From Chrysomallon squamiferum (Eukaryota > Animalia > Mollusca): a stretch of 64,000 nucleotides of DNA. Of the stretch, positions 12,775-26,067 are shown piece after piece. Positions within the stretch are counted from its first letter, which is position 1, and the number at the start of each line of letters is the position of its first letter. The stretch covers positions 7,998,001-8,062,000 of the forward strand of contig CM022679.1 of the NCBI GenBank assembly GCA_012295275.1, in the 5' to 3' direction. The position numbers and the translations under genes are program-made. Below the pieces are notes generated by a model. It searched no databases. It saw only the letters and a list, made by a program, of their open reading frames with translations, and was not told the DNA's origin.

Positions 12775-15700
12775 GTAATCAGAATATTTAAAATATTAAA
12801 CCATCACATATTTCAATTTTCCAAAATAATCGAATATTGATTTATTTTAAACAATTTGGATATAATTAATTATAGTATTTCAAAAAAATAAATGACTCCT
12901 TTTTGCTTTTATTGTAGAATTTTTTAAAGACTTTAAAACAACGGTTAAAAAACATAAACAAAATAAAATAAAATAAAATAATAATAAAACAAAATTTAAA
13001 AAATTAATTAATTAATAAATAAATAAAATATTTCTCATAATTTGGTAGTTTTTTATTTTTTTATTTTAATAATTTATCCAGCTGAAAACACTAATGTGAA
13101 TCAAAGGGTTACTGACATCTTGACAAGGCCTCTTACACAGCCTCATGAAACTACTGAAAGTTATATCAGTGATGATGATGTGGAAGATGATGAACTGGAA
13201 TCAGATGATGGTAGTGCTAATGAGACTGATGTTGTTGTCCTGGACCCTGATCATGTAAGTTTAATTTTATATCCATAAAAGGTATTATAATATATTCAGC
13301 TTTGAAGATGTTTCACTTAATTATTGCTAGAGGTTGTTGACAGAATATTTCAAACAAATAAATGATATGTTATCCCTAAAATTAATACAATAAAATATTG
13401 TTTAACAATATTTAAAAATAGTTTTGTTAGAAGCGATATTGATGTGTTTTGCACAACTAATTCAGTTTAGATAAAAAGTAATTAAAATGGTGAAATATTC
13501 ATAAAAATACTAAATTTACTCTTTTAATGATAATACAAATGTTTTATAAAATAACCTTCACAACTTTTTTTTTTTTAAAGTTATCAATAAGATATTATTA
13601 GTTTCAGGTAATCACACATTTACTGAAATGTCAGTTTAAACTTTGTTTTCCAGCCCTTGATGACCAGATTCCAGAATGCTTTGAAAAACCATCTTGAAAA
13701 GCAACATGAGAAAATTGCTTTGGAATTGCGTGAGCTCGTAAGTTGTACTATTTTTAAATAAATTTTTTTTTTTTATTAAGTCAAAAATTAATATGAAAAT
13801 AATGTGTTTGTATTTTAAAACAGGAAAAGTTTAAAAGGGTAAAATGCAAACATTATAAATTAAAATATATTCATGGAAGTAGAATAATTACAAAAATTGT
13901 TTACTAAATCATAAATAAGAGATCCTTTTTTATCTCAATTTTTTTTCACATGAAAGGATTTGTCTAAGCAAATGTTTTTTCATTTTAATACCTTTATATT
14001 TTTATTAAATAATAAAAACTGACAAAAAGGAAACTGAGACTGTCTTCTTTAAAATAAAATATTCATCTAAGATTTTTGTTTTAAATAGATACCAGGTTTT
14101 TACACACATATATTTCAAATATTTATGGGTAATATTTGTAAAAATAATTAAAACAATAATCAATTTTTTTATTTTTTTATTATTCTTATTTTCAAAATAC
14201 AGGATGAGTCTCTGAAATCAAAAAAGAAAGAACGTGAAAATCTTGGCGTTGATTTGTATGGGGTTCAGCAGGAACTTGCTCGCTACCAAATGATGTTGGA
14301 GCAAAACCATGACCAATATACCAGTGTCCATCAGGCTAGACTTCAGGAAGAACAGGAACTAAGTGATGTGCGCAACCTGTACAGGGAGACTCAAATGACT
14401 ACCAACAAGGAGAAAAAGAAAAGTTTGTATTTCTATAAATATTTTAAAATATGTATGTGTGCACATGCATGCATACAAGGGGTAAACATGTGTTTAGAAA
14501 GTAGGAGAGGTTGGTAGCTTTTAGAATATAACTGACAATTTTTGAATATGTCATTTGACCCCAAAAAATATTTATCAAGGAAAAAAAGGCTTAATATTTA
14601 AAAAAAAAAAAATAATTAATATATTTTTATATCTTGGGAAGAATGATTTCAGGCTAATTAAAAAAAGATCAACTTGACACTATTTTGAGATATCTGTTAT
14701 ATGGAATATTTTCTTTGCAAACATCTTATAGAAAAAGAAATTAATTGGTTAATTAATATCTGCAGCATTATCATTTATTATTTGCCTAAAATTTTGAAAA
14801 TATTCTAGATATGGTATGGCATGACACTTTGGAAAAGAACATTTAAAAAAGTATGCTTAAATAAATACATTTTTAAAAATTATTTAACAGGTGCAGAGTT
14901 ACAAGCTGAAGTAGAAAATCTGTCACTGAGAATTTTCTACATGGAGAATGCCAAGGAAGATGTCAGAGGAGACATCGCTGTCATGAGACGTGCAGCAGAG
15001 AAAGTGGAGTCTGAGGTTTCCAAGGCTGAAGTCCAGAAACAGATTCAGGTAAATTGTCAAAATTTGTTTATTTTGGTCACTGAAATTGTATAGGACTTGC
15101 ACTACTGTGATATACAGTATTTTATTTAGTTTGACTCTTCATTTAAATTCTAAATTCAGGGGCTAATACAGTAGTATACATTATTATTAAAGGATCTCTC
15201 TTCTGCTGCAGTAATTCTAATTTTACAAAGTTATAAGTTTAAAAAATTAGTTTTATTTATGTACTTCTTTATCAAAAATCTGCCCAAACAGATTTTTTTG
15301 TTGCTTATTTAAACAAAAATTATTTTAGTAATCATTTAAATTACAAACTGAAAACTGTTATTAGGTATGTTGAAATAGTATTACTGTTTTCAGTTTCATT
15401 CATCTGTATCACAAGGTATTTATTACAAGTAAGCATAACAAAAGTTCAGATTTGCTTTCCTTTTCCCAGGATCTGTATGTTGACCGTCTTGTAGAGCGTG
15501 TTGACAGACTGAAGGAAGAGATAGCCATGTTTGAAGCCCAAATAACAGCTCAGTCTGAGGAAACTAAAGTTGCCAGGGACGCTCTGATGGAAGCAAACAT
15601 GGAAATTGAGGTTTGTTCAGTTAAAAACCTCATAACTCAGTTGAAATATCAAAACATTATTATTTGTCTCTTATGTTTTGTATCTAAAAAATTACTTTCT

Positions 15701-18700
15701 GAAATTGTTTATAATGCCAGAATCTTTCATCAGATACAAGATCCAAAACTTGCTTTCAAAACGTATCATTTGAATTGCTTTACCTAGGATTCAGATACTG
15801 GATGTGTTTGGTAATTTTGGAGTAAATTTTGTTTCATTACTTTAACATCAAAATGTGATAGTATTTTCTTAATATGATATTATTATTGTTGTTGTAGGCC
15901 ATCGGTCTGGAGAAGAAGCAGTTGTTCCAGCAGTGGAATAGCAGTTTGATTGGAATGAGGAGAAGAGATGAGGCTCACTCAGCTATGCAGGAAGCATTGA
16001 AGTAAGTTAATCTGCATTTTTTAATTATCATTTTTGTGTAACAAAATGTGTTCCTTCTTAATTATTTATGCTAATATTTATCTGTGATTGATTTTGATAT
16101 ATATTTTCAGCAAGAAACTGAGGCCTCATAACAATGGCTCTGAGTCTACAGTATTCTTTTTTAATATAAACAAGCTGATTAATTTTTCAGTTGGAGTTTA
16201 ATTTTGTTTTAAAAACAACATTTGCTACTTATAAATATATTTAGTCTTTCATATTTAGCAGATTAATATTTATATTATCTTTTGCTTTGTCAAAAATACT
16301 CAAATCTCAAGTGTAAAGTTACTTTTTTGTAGAAAAGTTTTAAATAAACAAATTCATATACTCATAACTTTAGTCAATTATTTCAGCCAACAGAAACAGC
16401 AGATCCTGTCACTGCAGACTGAGATAGAAGGCTTTAAGAAGTCAATAAACAAGGAACAAGAACAAAATGAGAAGCTCTGTCTAATACTGTCTAAGACTGA
16501 ACGTGACATTGACACTGTGAAGAAACAGTTGGCTCAGTGCCAAGCAAAGCACGATGCACTGAAATCAGAGTACACCACTTACTCACGAATGTTGTACGAA
16601 ACAGAACAGGCCCTCAGTCGAGCAACAGCTGTAAGTTGTTTTTAATTTATTGATATTCCATTAGCAGCCTTATTTGGTATTGTTCTGAGTGATATGAGTT
16701 CAAACAGCAGATTGAAATGGTATATAATAATTTATCAAGATTATTATCTTCATTTTTTTTTTTTTCTATTGATCAATAATTTGTTACAAAATACTGTATC
16801 AAGAGTTCACTATATAAAGTTTGATTTATTATTTTAATTGTTTATTACAATATATTATCTATAACATGTCAAGGATGGTTTTATTTATATTTTTTATTAT
16901 ATTCATTTTTAAAAAGTGCCATTAAATTGTTTTCTAATCAGAATAACCATTTACACCAATATATTAATTACACATGTGCAATCAAGATCTTAATTTCTTT
17001 TTTTCTTTCTTTATTTTTATTTTTTATTTTTTTTAATAAATATCAAAGTTTGTTTTTTATTCTGAAAATTTCTCAGTTATTAATTTCCCAGCGACATAAA
17101 ATGTTCAAAATTAAAAAAAAAAAAAAAAAAATTCACTATTTTAGATACATTTCCCCAAAACATTCATATAGATTGCACATATTTTTGCCTGAATTGGATG
17201 TAGAAACTTCATATTAATTTCCGTTCTAATGTTATTAGTATTGAACCGAGTAACACATCTGGAATCTTTATTTTTGTAGGACAAGACACAGCGAATGGCT
17301 GAAGTTGAAAACATACGAAAGCAAATAGAGCGTGCCAGCCAGGAGAAGTTAAACCTAGAGGATGAAATAATGGAATGTATCCGCAGTCAGCTTACACTGG
17401 AAAAGGCTTCCCAGTATACCAAGAAGCTGACACACAGACTCCGTGATCAAACACGCAGTCTTGTAAGAAATATATTTATATATTTTTTTTTTCAAACTGA
17501 ATTTGAATTGAAATGTGAATGATACTATTGTTATTTAATTTTTTTTTTATTAATAATGATGTTTTGGCCTTGTAAAAATAGATCATGTACATTTTTGTTA
17601 CAGGATTAAATATCTTTGATACAGAAAAACAACTGAAATTTGAATAAGTTATTACAATTTCTGTTATTTCATCATACAAAAGAGTAGTGAATGAAATCAG
17701 TTACAATGCTTAGTGAAATTCATTATAAAGAAACAAACCTTATTGTGTGTGAGTGTGAATTTTGTAATTACTGTTATCTGTTATATTATAACGACCACTA
17801 GTAATAACAAAATAAAACATTAAATAATACCTGGAGTATTTCAATTCAGGAAACTCAAATGGCTGAAGTTGAGAACAAAATTGCCAGTGATTCTCTGGAG
17901 AGTTCCAATGTGAAGGCAAGAACTGAGAGACTGAAGAAGATTGCAGGACTGCTGGATGTTGACATTGCTAACAAAAACGACATCGTCACTCGCAGCGAGC
18001 AGGAGATTCTGAAACGTAATGCCATCATAGAACGCAAACAGAATGTTATTGACCAGTACAACAAGAAGTTAGAGCAGATGATCAGTGCAGCTGGTGTAAG
18101 AATGATTTCATTTTGTTTATCAATTTATTAATGCCGTCACATGTATTTTCAAGCTAAATTGTCCATTTTTTGAGATCAGTAAAATAGTAAATTTGACTTC
18201 TAAAATTGTAATGTGTTTATTTTTATGTTATGAATCAGGAAATAGTTATTTTTAAATAAAAAAATTTATAATTTATCAATAAAGAGAAAACAATAATAAT
18301 AAAAGACAGGATTGATTTTTTTTTAAATTATTTGTTGTTATTTATTATAATTATTTCTGAATTCATTGTAAATTAGTATTTAAAAAAATATATTTTCTTT
18401 TTATGTAACTCCTTTAGACTTTGGTTTCAACATAACATTTACATCATAAGTTATGAAATAAAAAGCATTTGAATATTACATAAATATATACTATAAACAG
18501 TTTTCTTTTCTCTGTAGGGGGTTGAACTTGGGCCACTTGAGATTACAATCAACTCACTTCAGAAGTCGATAGATGCTCGTGTACAGGAAACCACAGAGTT
18601 ACAACAAATGTGGCTGAGACAGCAGTCTGAGCTTGTTCGTCTGACACGAGACAAAGAAGATCAGTCAAACGATGTGGATAAACTCAAAAAACAACTCACC

Positions 18701-21630
18701 ATTCTGGCTCAGAAGAAAATCAGGACAGAGAGTGAGTACATTACAATTTAAAGTTTTAAAGTACTTATTTTTATTTATTTATTTAAAATGTTCTATTGAT
18801 GATACAAATAAATAAATTTTTTATTTTAATAGAGAGGCTCTCTTTGTTTTGTTTTTTGTTATTATTGTTAAGTAGTATTGTTTCATTGTTTCACTAAATT
18901 ATAAAATTATAAATTATAAGTTTGTGATTTTATGCATAAATAGATCTGATTTACAGTTTAAGAATAGTCAGGATCTTTAAAAAAATAATTAATAATAATA
19001 ATAGTAATAATAATAATAATAATAATAATAGCAATAATATTTAATATTTTAAATTCCTCAGATAACATAGACCAGCAGGGTCATGAGACCTACCAGATAG
19101 AGAGACACATCACCAGCATGCAGAATGACATGGTCAAACTCAACACACTTCTGTATCAACACAAGGGCTATGAGTCATCACTGGAGCAGAACAATATCCT
19201 CATGGAGAATGACTTCATTGCTGGACTCAAAGAGGCTGAACTGGAATCCATTGAAATGCAGGCCCGTCTTGATGGAGTCAAAGAAGAGAAGGAACGACTT
19301 CTCAACAGTCTTGTAGAAGCTGAGTGAGTTGATGATTGCACTATTTAATATGCTATAATTAAATGTTAATTGCTAATGAAAGAAAAGCATTATTTGATTT
19401 TATATGGAATTTTTAACTTAGGACATACATTTAAAAAAGGAAGAAGGCAGCTAATGATTTGTTTTTATTGTGAAAATTTCAATAAATTAACTTTAAAGTT
19501 TTAAATTTTTGTTTATGTTTCAGGCGACAGATAATGTTGTGGGAAAAGAAAACACAGTTGGCTCGTGAGACACGTGCTGCAGTGGATTCTGAGGTGGGTC
19601 AGGGCGAGGTTCGTGCAATGAAGGCAGAGATCCACCGAATGCAGGTTCGTTTCACTCAGCTCATGAAACAACAGGAGAAGATGATACAAGAGATGGAGAA
19701 AGCTGTTTCCAGGTAAATTCAGCTTTTTTATATACTTTCTACATATTGAATAAATTCTTCAGAATAAGTGTGCATAGGACATGTTTTCAAAGATTAAATA
19801 TGTTAAATGTGTACACTAGAAATCACTTTTTGTTATCTCACTAGAGCATTCTAAAATATCTGAAGCGCAAAAAAAAATTGTTTTTAAAAACATTTCTTTT
19901 TACAAGAACAAGAAGAATGTTAAGATTAAAATTGCCCCCCCCCAAAAAAAAATGCTGTCTGGTTATTTTGTCATTTTTAAAAATATTGCTCAATTTTACA
20001 CACTTGTTTCATACTTAATATAATTTTGGTGTGCAGATAAATCCAGAATTACAAATTTAATTTATATCCACCAAGAAGTTTTCAGACATTATTGATGCTT
20101 CTGAAGCATTATAAATAATTTGTTAATACTTGTACTAGAATGCATATGACTGTTTGATATATATTTTAATTAACAAATATCTCAAATTTCATATACTACT
20201 TATATATTAATATAGTTTTTATTTATTTATTTATTTAATTTTTTTTTTTTAGGCGGGACTCTATAGTGTCACGAGGTGATGCTCAGGCTAAGATGAAGGG
20301 AAAGGTTTTAACAAAAGGAACATTTGAAAGACAAATGACAGAAATGAGAAAAAAAATCAAGCAAACCATAAAGGTAAACATTGTTGTTTCTCTTGTTATC
20401 TTGTTTTACAGTATAGTTTTATAGTTTAATTAGTATAAATTTAACAATAAATATATTCTCCAAACAAGCAGAATATTATTCCCACATTGTAACAAGATCT
20501 GAGTAAACATTTGTGTTAATAATGCATTACATATCCATTCCTAAAAGTAAAGAAATTCATAAGTTCAGATGAACATATATATATATATGTATTAGAAGTG
20601 GTAGCAACATGTATGCACAACAATTCTATTGTCACAAAGGGAAAAAGGTTCTTGTTTGACATCAGATAACAGAATTAAAATGTACCAAGATTCTAGTAAA
20701 CAGATATAGCTTAAAGATAAGTCTTTCACATAGAAATATAAAAAATAATATTCTTACTTGACATCAGGAAACAATATTATGTTGTACTGAGATTCCAGTA
20801 AAAGATACAGCTGAAAAACAAATCTTTAGCATAGTAATAATAGACTGGATTTCTTGGTAGGATGCTACTAACTGTGACGAGGAAATCAGAGAACTGCGTG
20901 AACAGCAAGCAATGCTGAGTGAGAACCTGGAACAGAAACAGATCAACTGTAATCAGCTGCAGGGTTCATCAGACACTCTGGATGGAGACATTAACAGACT
21001 TGTGGAGATCAAACAAAAGGTATGTTGTTTGCTGCGTATTGTTATTGTGTGAGTTATCATCATTATTATCATTATTATTATCACTGTCATTATCATTATG
21101 ATGATCATAATTATCCTTATCATCATCAATTTTATTATTATTATTAGTTATTAATTAATCCCAGCTGAATTAATCTCTTCCAGTGAAAATTATGAAATAA
21201 TTTCTTCATACACACACTCACACACACACACATGAGCGTGTACACATTTGATATTAATACTGAAGTATTTTGGTTTTCTTTTCATTCCTTCTTTCTTTTT
21301 ACCTTTTTAAAAAAAAAAAAAATTATTTTAAAGAATTCTTGTGTATACTTTTAATGTAAGAATTAATTTTTATTTCAGAACCTTACTGAACTTCTCGCTC
21401 GCCAGCAGAAGATGAAATATTACCAACAGGTTAAGGATGGTAAATACGTCATGTTGTGTAAAAGTGAATCTTCTCTGGACACGGAATATTCAAAACAGAT
21501 TGACCGCATGCAGACCCTGAGTACCATTGTTGATCGTCTCAACCAAGAGTTCCCACATGCACAGACAGCCCTCCGAAAAGTGACCGTTGCTTTGGCCAGT
21601 CGTTCTGTACCCACTGAGGAAGAAACATAG
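12654..21630 (+). CDS. CCDC40: Coiled-coil domain-containing protein 40 (axonemal 96-nm ruler, partner of CCDC39); 16 coding exons, 2871 nt, 956 aa
   Basis: Exons 12654-12774, 13082-13254, 13654-13737, 14203-14422, 14891-15048, 15470-15610, 15898-16001, 16387-16630, 17280-17462, 17850-18095, 18518-18731, 19062-19323, 19524-19712, 20253-20373, 20861-21019, 21379-21630. All introns are GT-AG with matching phases and there are no internal stops. Diagnostic motifs: [87 protein letters not shown]. Confidence 0.95.
13082..13254 (+). CDS. CCDC40: CCDC40 coding exon 2
   Basis: Acidic tract, ends VVVLDPDH|gtaagt. Confidence 0.92.
13654..13737 (+). CDS. CCDC40: CCDC40 coding exon 3
   Basis: [28 protein letters not shown]; missed by the ORF track. 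Confidence 0.92.
14203..14422 (+). CDS. CCDC40: CCDC40 coding exon 4
   Basis: [29 protein letters not shown]...; phase 1 donor gtttgt. Confidence 0.9.
14891..15048 (+). CDS. CCDC40: CCDC40 coding exon 5
   Basis: [19 protein letters not shown]...KQIQ. Confidence 0.92.
15470..15610 (+). CDS. CCDC40: CCDC40 coding exon 6
   Basis: [10 protein letters not shown]...ANMEIE. Confidence 0.92.
15898..16001 (+). CDS. CCDC40: CCDC40 coding exon 7
   Basis: [34 protein letters not shown]. Confidence 0.92.
16387..16630 (+). CDS. CCDC40: CCDC40 coding exon 8
   Basis: [30 protein letters not shown]...[11 protein letters not shown]. Confidence 0.92.
17280..17462 (+). CDS. CCDC40: CCDC40 coding exon 9
   Basis: [17 protein letters not shown]...QTRSL. 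Confidence 0.92.
17850..18095 (+). CDS. CCDC40: CCDC40 coding exon 10
   Basis: [12 protein letters not shown]...[23 protein letters not shown]. Confidence 0.92.
18518..18731 (+). CDS. CCDC40: CCDC40 coding exon 11
   Basis: [16 protein letters not shown]...[12 protein letters not shown]...QKKIRTE. Confidence 0.92.
19062..19323 (+). CDS. CCDC40: CCDC40 coding exon 12
   Basis: NIDQQGHE...MQNDMVKLN...[12 protein letters not shown]...LLNSLVEA. Confidence 0.92.
19524..19712 (+). CDS. CCDC40: CCDC40 coding exon 13
   Basis: [15 protein letters not shown]...[11 protein letters not shown]...MEKAVS. Confidence 0.93.
20253..20373 (+). CDS. CCDC40: CCDC40 coding exon 14
   Basis: [40 protein letters not shown]. 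Confidence 0.9.
20861..21019 (+). CDS. CCDC40: CCDC40 coding exon 15
   Basis: [16 protein letters not shown]...[10 protein letters not shown]. Confidence 0.9.
21379..21630 (+). CDS. CCDC40: CCDC40 last coding exon
   Basis: [23 protein letters not shown]...EFPHAQ...PTEEET*. Confidence 0.92.
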   Translation, partial: NLTELLARQQKMKYYQQVKDGKYVMLCKSESSLDTEYSKQIDRMQTLSTIVDRLNQEFPHAQTALRKVTVALASRSVPTEEET

Positions 21631-22446
21631 TGGCTCATGGATCACAAGATGGAACAAACATATTTATTTGTTTTATAAATTAACAATGAAAACTATAAAT
21701 TTATTAACTATAATGAAAATTCCAAAAAGTATTAATGTACTGGTTAGACATATAAATTAAATCTGTTTTACTAGAATTCTTGAAACTAACTTAATCAATA
21801 GCTAATGTTTTGTGACTTTTACCATTAGAAAATGACCTCACTGATTTCTGTATATGATACATAGTGTGATGTCATTTTGGTTTTAAAGACTGAGTCAAAG
21901 GATTTGAAATAGTCGAACTAACTTCTCTTTCTGAGATCTTTGTGTTTTTCACTTTGTAAGAACATCTCAGATTACTTTTGTTATACTTCACTTGTTTTTT
22001 AAAGATCACAATTCTGAGATTTTCATTTTAAAGAATGAATGATTTTCTATCTCACAAATCTTTACTCTCTGACTTTTTGTGACACACATTTTGGAGTCAG
22101 TTTGTCAAGTCATTCTCAAATATTTTAGTTTTACTTCTTTTGCATTACATTTTTTTAATACCTAGTTCATATATAAAATTTGTGTATGTTTGTCTGTGGC
22201 AGAAAAATAAGCTAAAGTATATTTTCTAATATTAAAATTAATTCTATAGAAAATATATTTAATTAGATATATATTTAGTTTTTGAGTAATAAATAAATGA
22301 AAATTATTTTAATATATTAATTTTACTGCACAATTCTGTATTTTACCAGATTATCTCTGTTTTTCTTTTTTTTTTGTGTACGAACCTATATTTATGCAGC
22401 AAAAACTATTTTCTGCTACTGAACATTGAAGAGTCTGTTGTATCTC

Positions 22447-22474
22447 AATAAATTGTATTATGTTTAAGAATAAA
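22447..22474 (+). terminator. Candidate CCDC40 polyadenylation signals
   Basis: Two AATAAA hexamers (22447, 22469) about 0.8 kb after the stop. AATAAA is common in this AT-rich DNA, so this is weak. Confidence 0.35.
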
Positions 22475-23224
22475 ACTGTTCACATAAGAAATACATTGTT
22501 ATTTTTTACAAATTATTATTTAATTTTTTGTTTTATTTTTCCAATCCAGAAGTGATCATATATACAAGTTTTAAAACTTCTCATAATTATAAAAGAAAAT
22601 AAGGTTGGGTGTATTTGTTTTGGATATTAAGTTTATATGATCAAAAGAGTATAACAATAAAATAATAAGAGGTGTTGGAAACTTTCCAATAAACTAAGGA
22701 TATAGCAACTTTACACTGGTTTACTCAATAAAGTTTTTCATTTCATTTTACAAAACGACATAATGAGAAATTCAGCTACCATCCATTGTAACAAGCTGCT
22801 TATTTCACTGATATTTTTTATTAGCAAAATTGGTTATGAGAAGCATACACACACACACATATAAATATATATATTAAGTACCATAAAATGTACAGTTAGA
22901 TTATTTTAATATACATAATAAACATTCAAGATAGTGATTAAAATAATAATATATTTTGGCATTGTCAGTGTTAATAGTTAATAACATTTGATTCTTTGAA
23001 CATGACAATAGAAGATATTTCATTGACCAAAGACCATTGTTTTGATCCACTATACTATTGGTTCATAATTTGTTTACTGTTCCCAATATATGTAAAACAA
23101 ATAATTTTGATACTTTATGTAATGTATGGTAATTCCAAGAATGTTGCATTTTTCTGCTTTTTGGTATCTGCTCAGATGTTACTGGTTCTGTTTTTATATA
23201 ATGATAAAAAAAAAAATATCTGGA

Positions 23225-23480
23225 GGATCTTTATGGACTACTTCCATCACTTAGCAACAAGCAATCTTTAATGTATACCTTCCGAAAGATTAGAAAATGA
23301 AAAAGAATAACTTTGAATAAATAATAAACAAATAAATAAAAAGTAATTTAAAAATTAAAAATACACTGTTAGTTACTATAAATACTAAATGACCCAATGT
23401 GTACAATGAGAAGACTGGTCTGATAACCCATCACATCTTTGACAAGACTTTCAACCAGTAAGCCACAGTCCACTCCTGTC
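23225..23480. mobile_element. Decayed SINE-like repeat copy
   Basis: ggactacttc...cacttagcaacaagcaatctttt...acccaatg...acccatca...agccac, collinear with 48840-49045. Confidence 0.4.
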
Positions 23481-23870
23481 AACTTGGGATCAGCTGATAT
23501 GTAGGTCTATTATATATATTGCCTACATAAATTTGAAATATAAATCTTCAGCAGAACACGTTTGTAATTAGATATTTCAACAGCAGTTTCTAAATAATAA
23601 ATATCATCAGGGTTAACTTTTTTGTTTTAAATCTAGATGTTACCGAAGGGAGAAAACTGTGTTGCTGAGATTATATTTTAAGTAAAATTTTATATTTAAT
23701 AAAGATTGATTGCTTGTATAAAATAGAACTATAACTGAATATATATAAAGGGAAAACACTAAAATAACAAATGCATATGAGAACTGTTATATATTTTTTT
23801 TAATTGAGACTAGGATATCATGCCATAAAAAAAAATAAAAAAAAAAAAAAAAAAAAACAACAACAACAAA

Positions 23871-23964
<94 letters not shown>

Positions 23965-24499
23965 TAAAATAAATAAATAAATAAATAAATAAAACCTGAT
24001 AATCTTTTGAATCCAGCAATTTTGCCTGCGACTGGTCACATGATGTTCAATGTTAAAGATAAATGTATACATTATTGGTATATATAATAAAAACCAATAA
24101 TATATTATTATTATATTGTATAGTGCGATTTCAAGTAGATGCTAAAACATTAGTCACTTTCATACAGTAATCCTATATCAGTGAATCCACTGAGAAAAAT
24201 TAATTCTTCGATCAATGTCTGAGATTAAAATGAAATGTATTTTGATCGTCTGCTAAAAGCCAAAGAATAAGAAAAAAGGAGGAAAATACAACTGTTTCTA
24301 AGCATTAATATATATTTTAAATAAAGCGACAAAAAAAGAACTAAAAAATCAAATAAGCCAGTGATTTATTTTAAAATAAATTCATAATTTCTGGTTATCT
24401 GAAAAACACCATATGGTAAAGAATTTAAAGAAAAAATAACATGATAGTGACGAAAAAGAAACTTGCTTCGCAGAAAAGAGGTTTGAAAACACAGCAAAA

Positions 24500-24695
24500 A
24501 CAAAAGAGCTCTTTTATCACAGGAGGAAAATACGCACTTCAAACATGATGGTGGATTTCATCGGCGGAGAACTGGAAACGTGACTGTAAACATTTGGAAA
24601 TAAACTCGTGAAAAACCAAAAGTTGATGTGACAGTATATTCGACTGATCTCCGTGCTTATTCTACAAGTAGTGAATATATATTTATTTGGCGCAT
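24500..24695 (+). other. COX11: Putative promoter and 5'UTR first exon of COX11
   Basis: CpG-enriched island with donor CAT|gtgagt at 24696. The COX11 ATG exon has a strong polyT-tag acceptor at 25622-25623 and so needs an upstream exon. Confidence 0.45.
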
Positions 24696-25583
24696 GTGAG
24701 TCTGATTTTAGTTTATTTAATATATAACCTTTCTATGAAGAAGTGTCAGTAATGAAAAATTACGTAATCCGTAAAGTTAAAGGACGCATGAAAATAATTG
24801 AATAAACTGTTTCAGAATTATAATAAGGTTATTTTAATACTATAATTATTATTTAATTTCTGTATAATGTCTGTGAAAAAATAAAATATTTTATATATTT
24901 CATTATTTCTTACTTCTGACAAAACAAAAATAATTTATATCAACAAATATATGAAATTGGATTTAATTCCAGATATTTCGATTTGTGAAAATGTATTGTA
25001 CAGTATATTTTGTATTAGAAGAACAATATCTATTTTAAGACTTGTTTTTTTGCACTGTTTTTATGTTACAATTGTGTCACAAGAAATAGGTCACGGGAGT
25101 CTTCGGCAAATTCCGTATCTGCTTTATTGCTGGAATATTACATTTTGTTATTTTAATTATTTTTCTTCTTTTTCTTCTTTTTATTATTAAATCATATATT
25201 TAAATACAATTTATCCAAATTTAAGGTGTTTCATAAATAAAAGTGTGTTGTAAAGGTTTCTGTTAATTCAAAATATGACTTTCAGTAATGATGATGAAAT
25301 CTTTTATGAAGATTGTATCAATCTGTGAACAGAAGAAAACTTGAATCTTGTACCTTGTTGAATTAGTTCAAACATAGCAGTTTGGCTAGTAGTAAAAAAC
25401 GACAAAAACAGAACATTATTATATTTTTGTGTCATTATTATTTATTTATTTATTTATTTATTTATCTATTTATCTATTTATTTATTTATTGAAAAATGAC
25501 ATGAAATTATAAATAAAATATTTAATTTTTAAAATTATTCTGATTGATTAATTATTGATTTATATATTTAATTTTTTTCTTTT

Positions 25584-25620
<37 letters not shown>

Positions 25621-25632
25621 TAGATCTTATTA

Positions 25633-26067
25633 ATGATGCTGGCTTCACATCTTGTTAGAAACGTTGTCCGAAAACTTCTGGTTTCACAGGGATGCCAGGG
25701 TGGATTTTCAGCTGTTCAGAAAGCTAGTATATCAGATGCCAAACTGATATGTCAGCAGTTAAACAGAACCACAGCAAACGTGCATTTCACTCGATGTATG
25801 ACTACACGATGTACTCAGCTGTGCAGCAAGAAGATGCCTCTCCATACTCAGTCTTGTTTGTACTCTTGCTTCATCAGACCTGGAGCTACCAAAATTGTTT
25901 TTCTTCAAGCTAAGTCTGGTGTACCGTGGAAAAATCAAACATGTTTTGCGTGGACAAAGGCTGATTTAAAGAAACATAACTCAATCATGTTATATGTTGT
26001 CTCCACTGTCATCTTCATGATAGGGATGTCATATGCTGGGGTACCACTCTACAGGATTTTCTGTGCG
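25633..26067 (+). CDS. COX11: COX11 coding exon 1 (mitochondrial presequence and TM helix)
   Basis: Basic, acid-poor N-terminus; SYAGVPLYRIFCA|gtaaat. Confidence 0.93.

Noticed and set aside
17855-21638. Antisense or alternative-frame ORFs at 17855, 19125, 20764, 20919 and 21420
   Set aside because: These are shadows of real CCDC40 exons.
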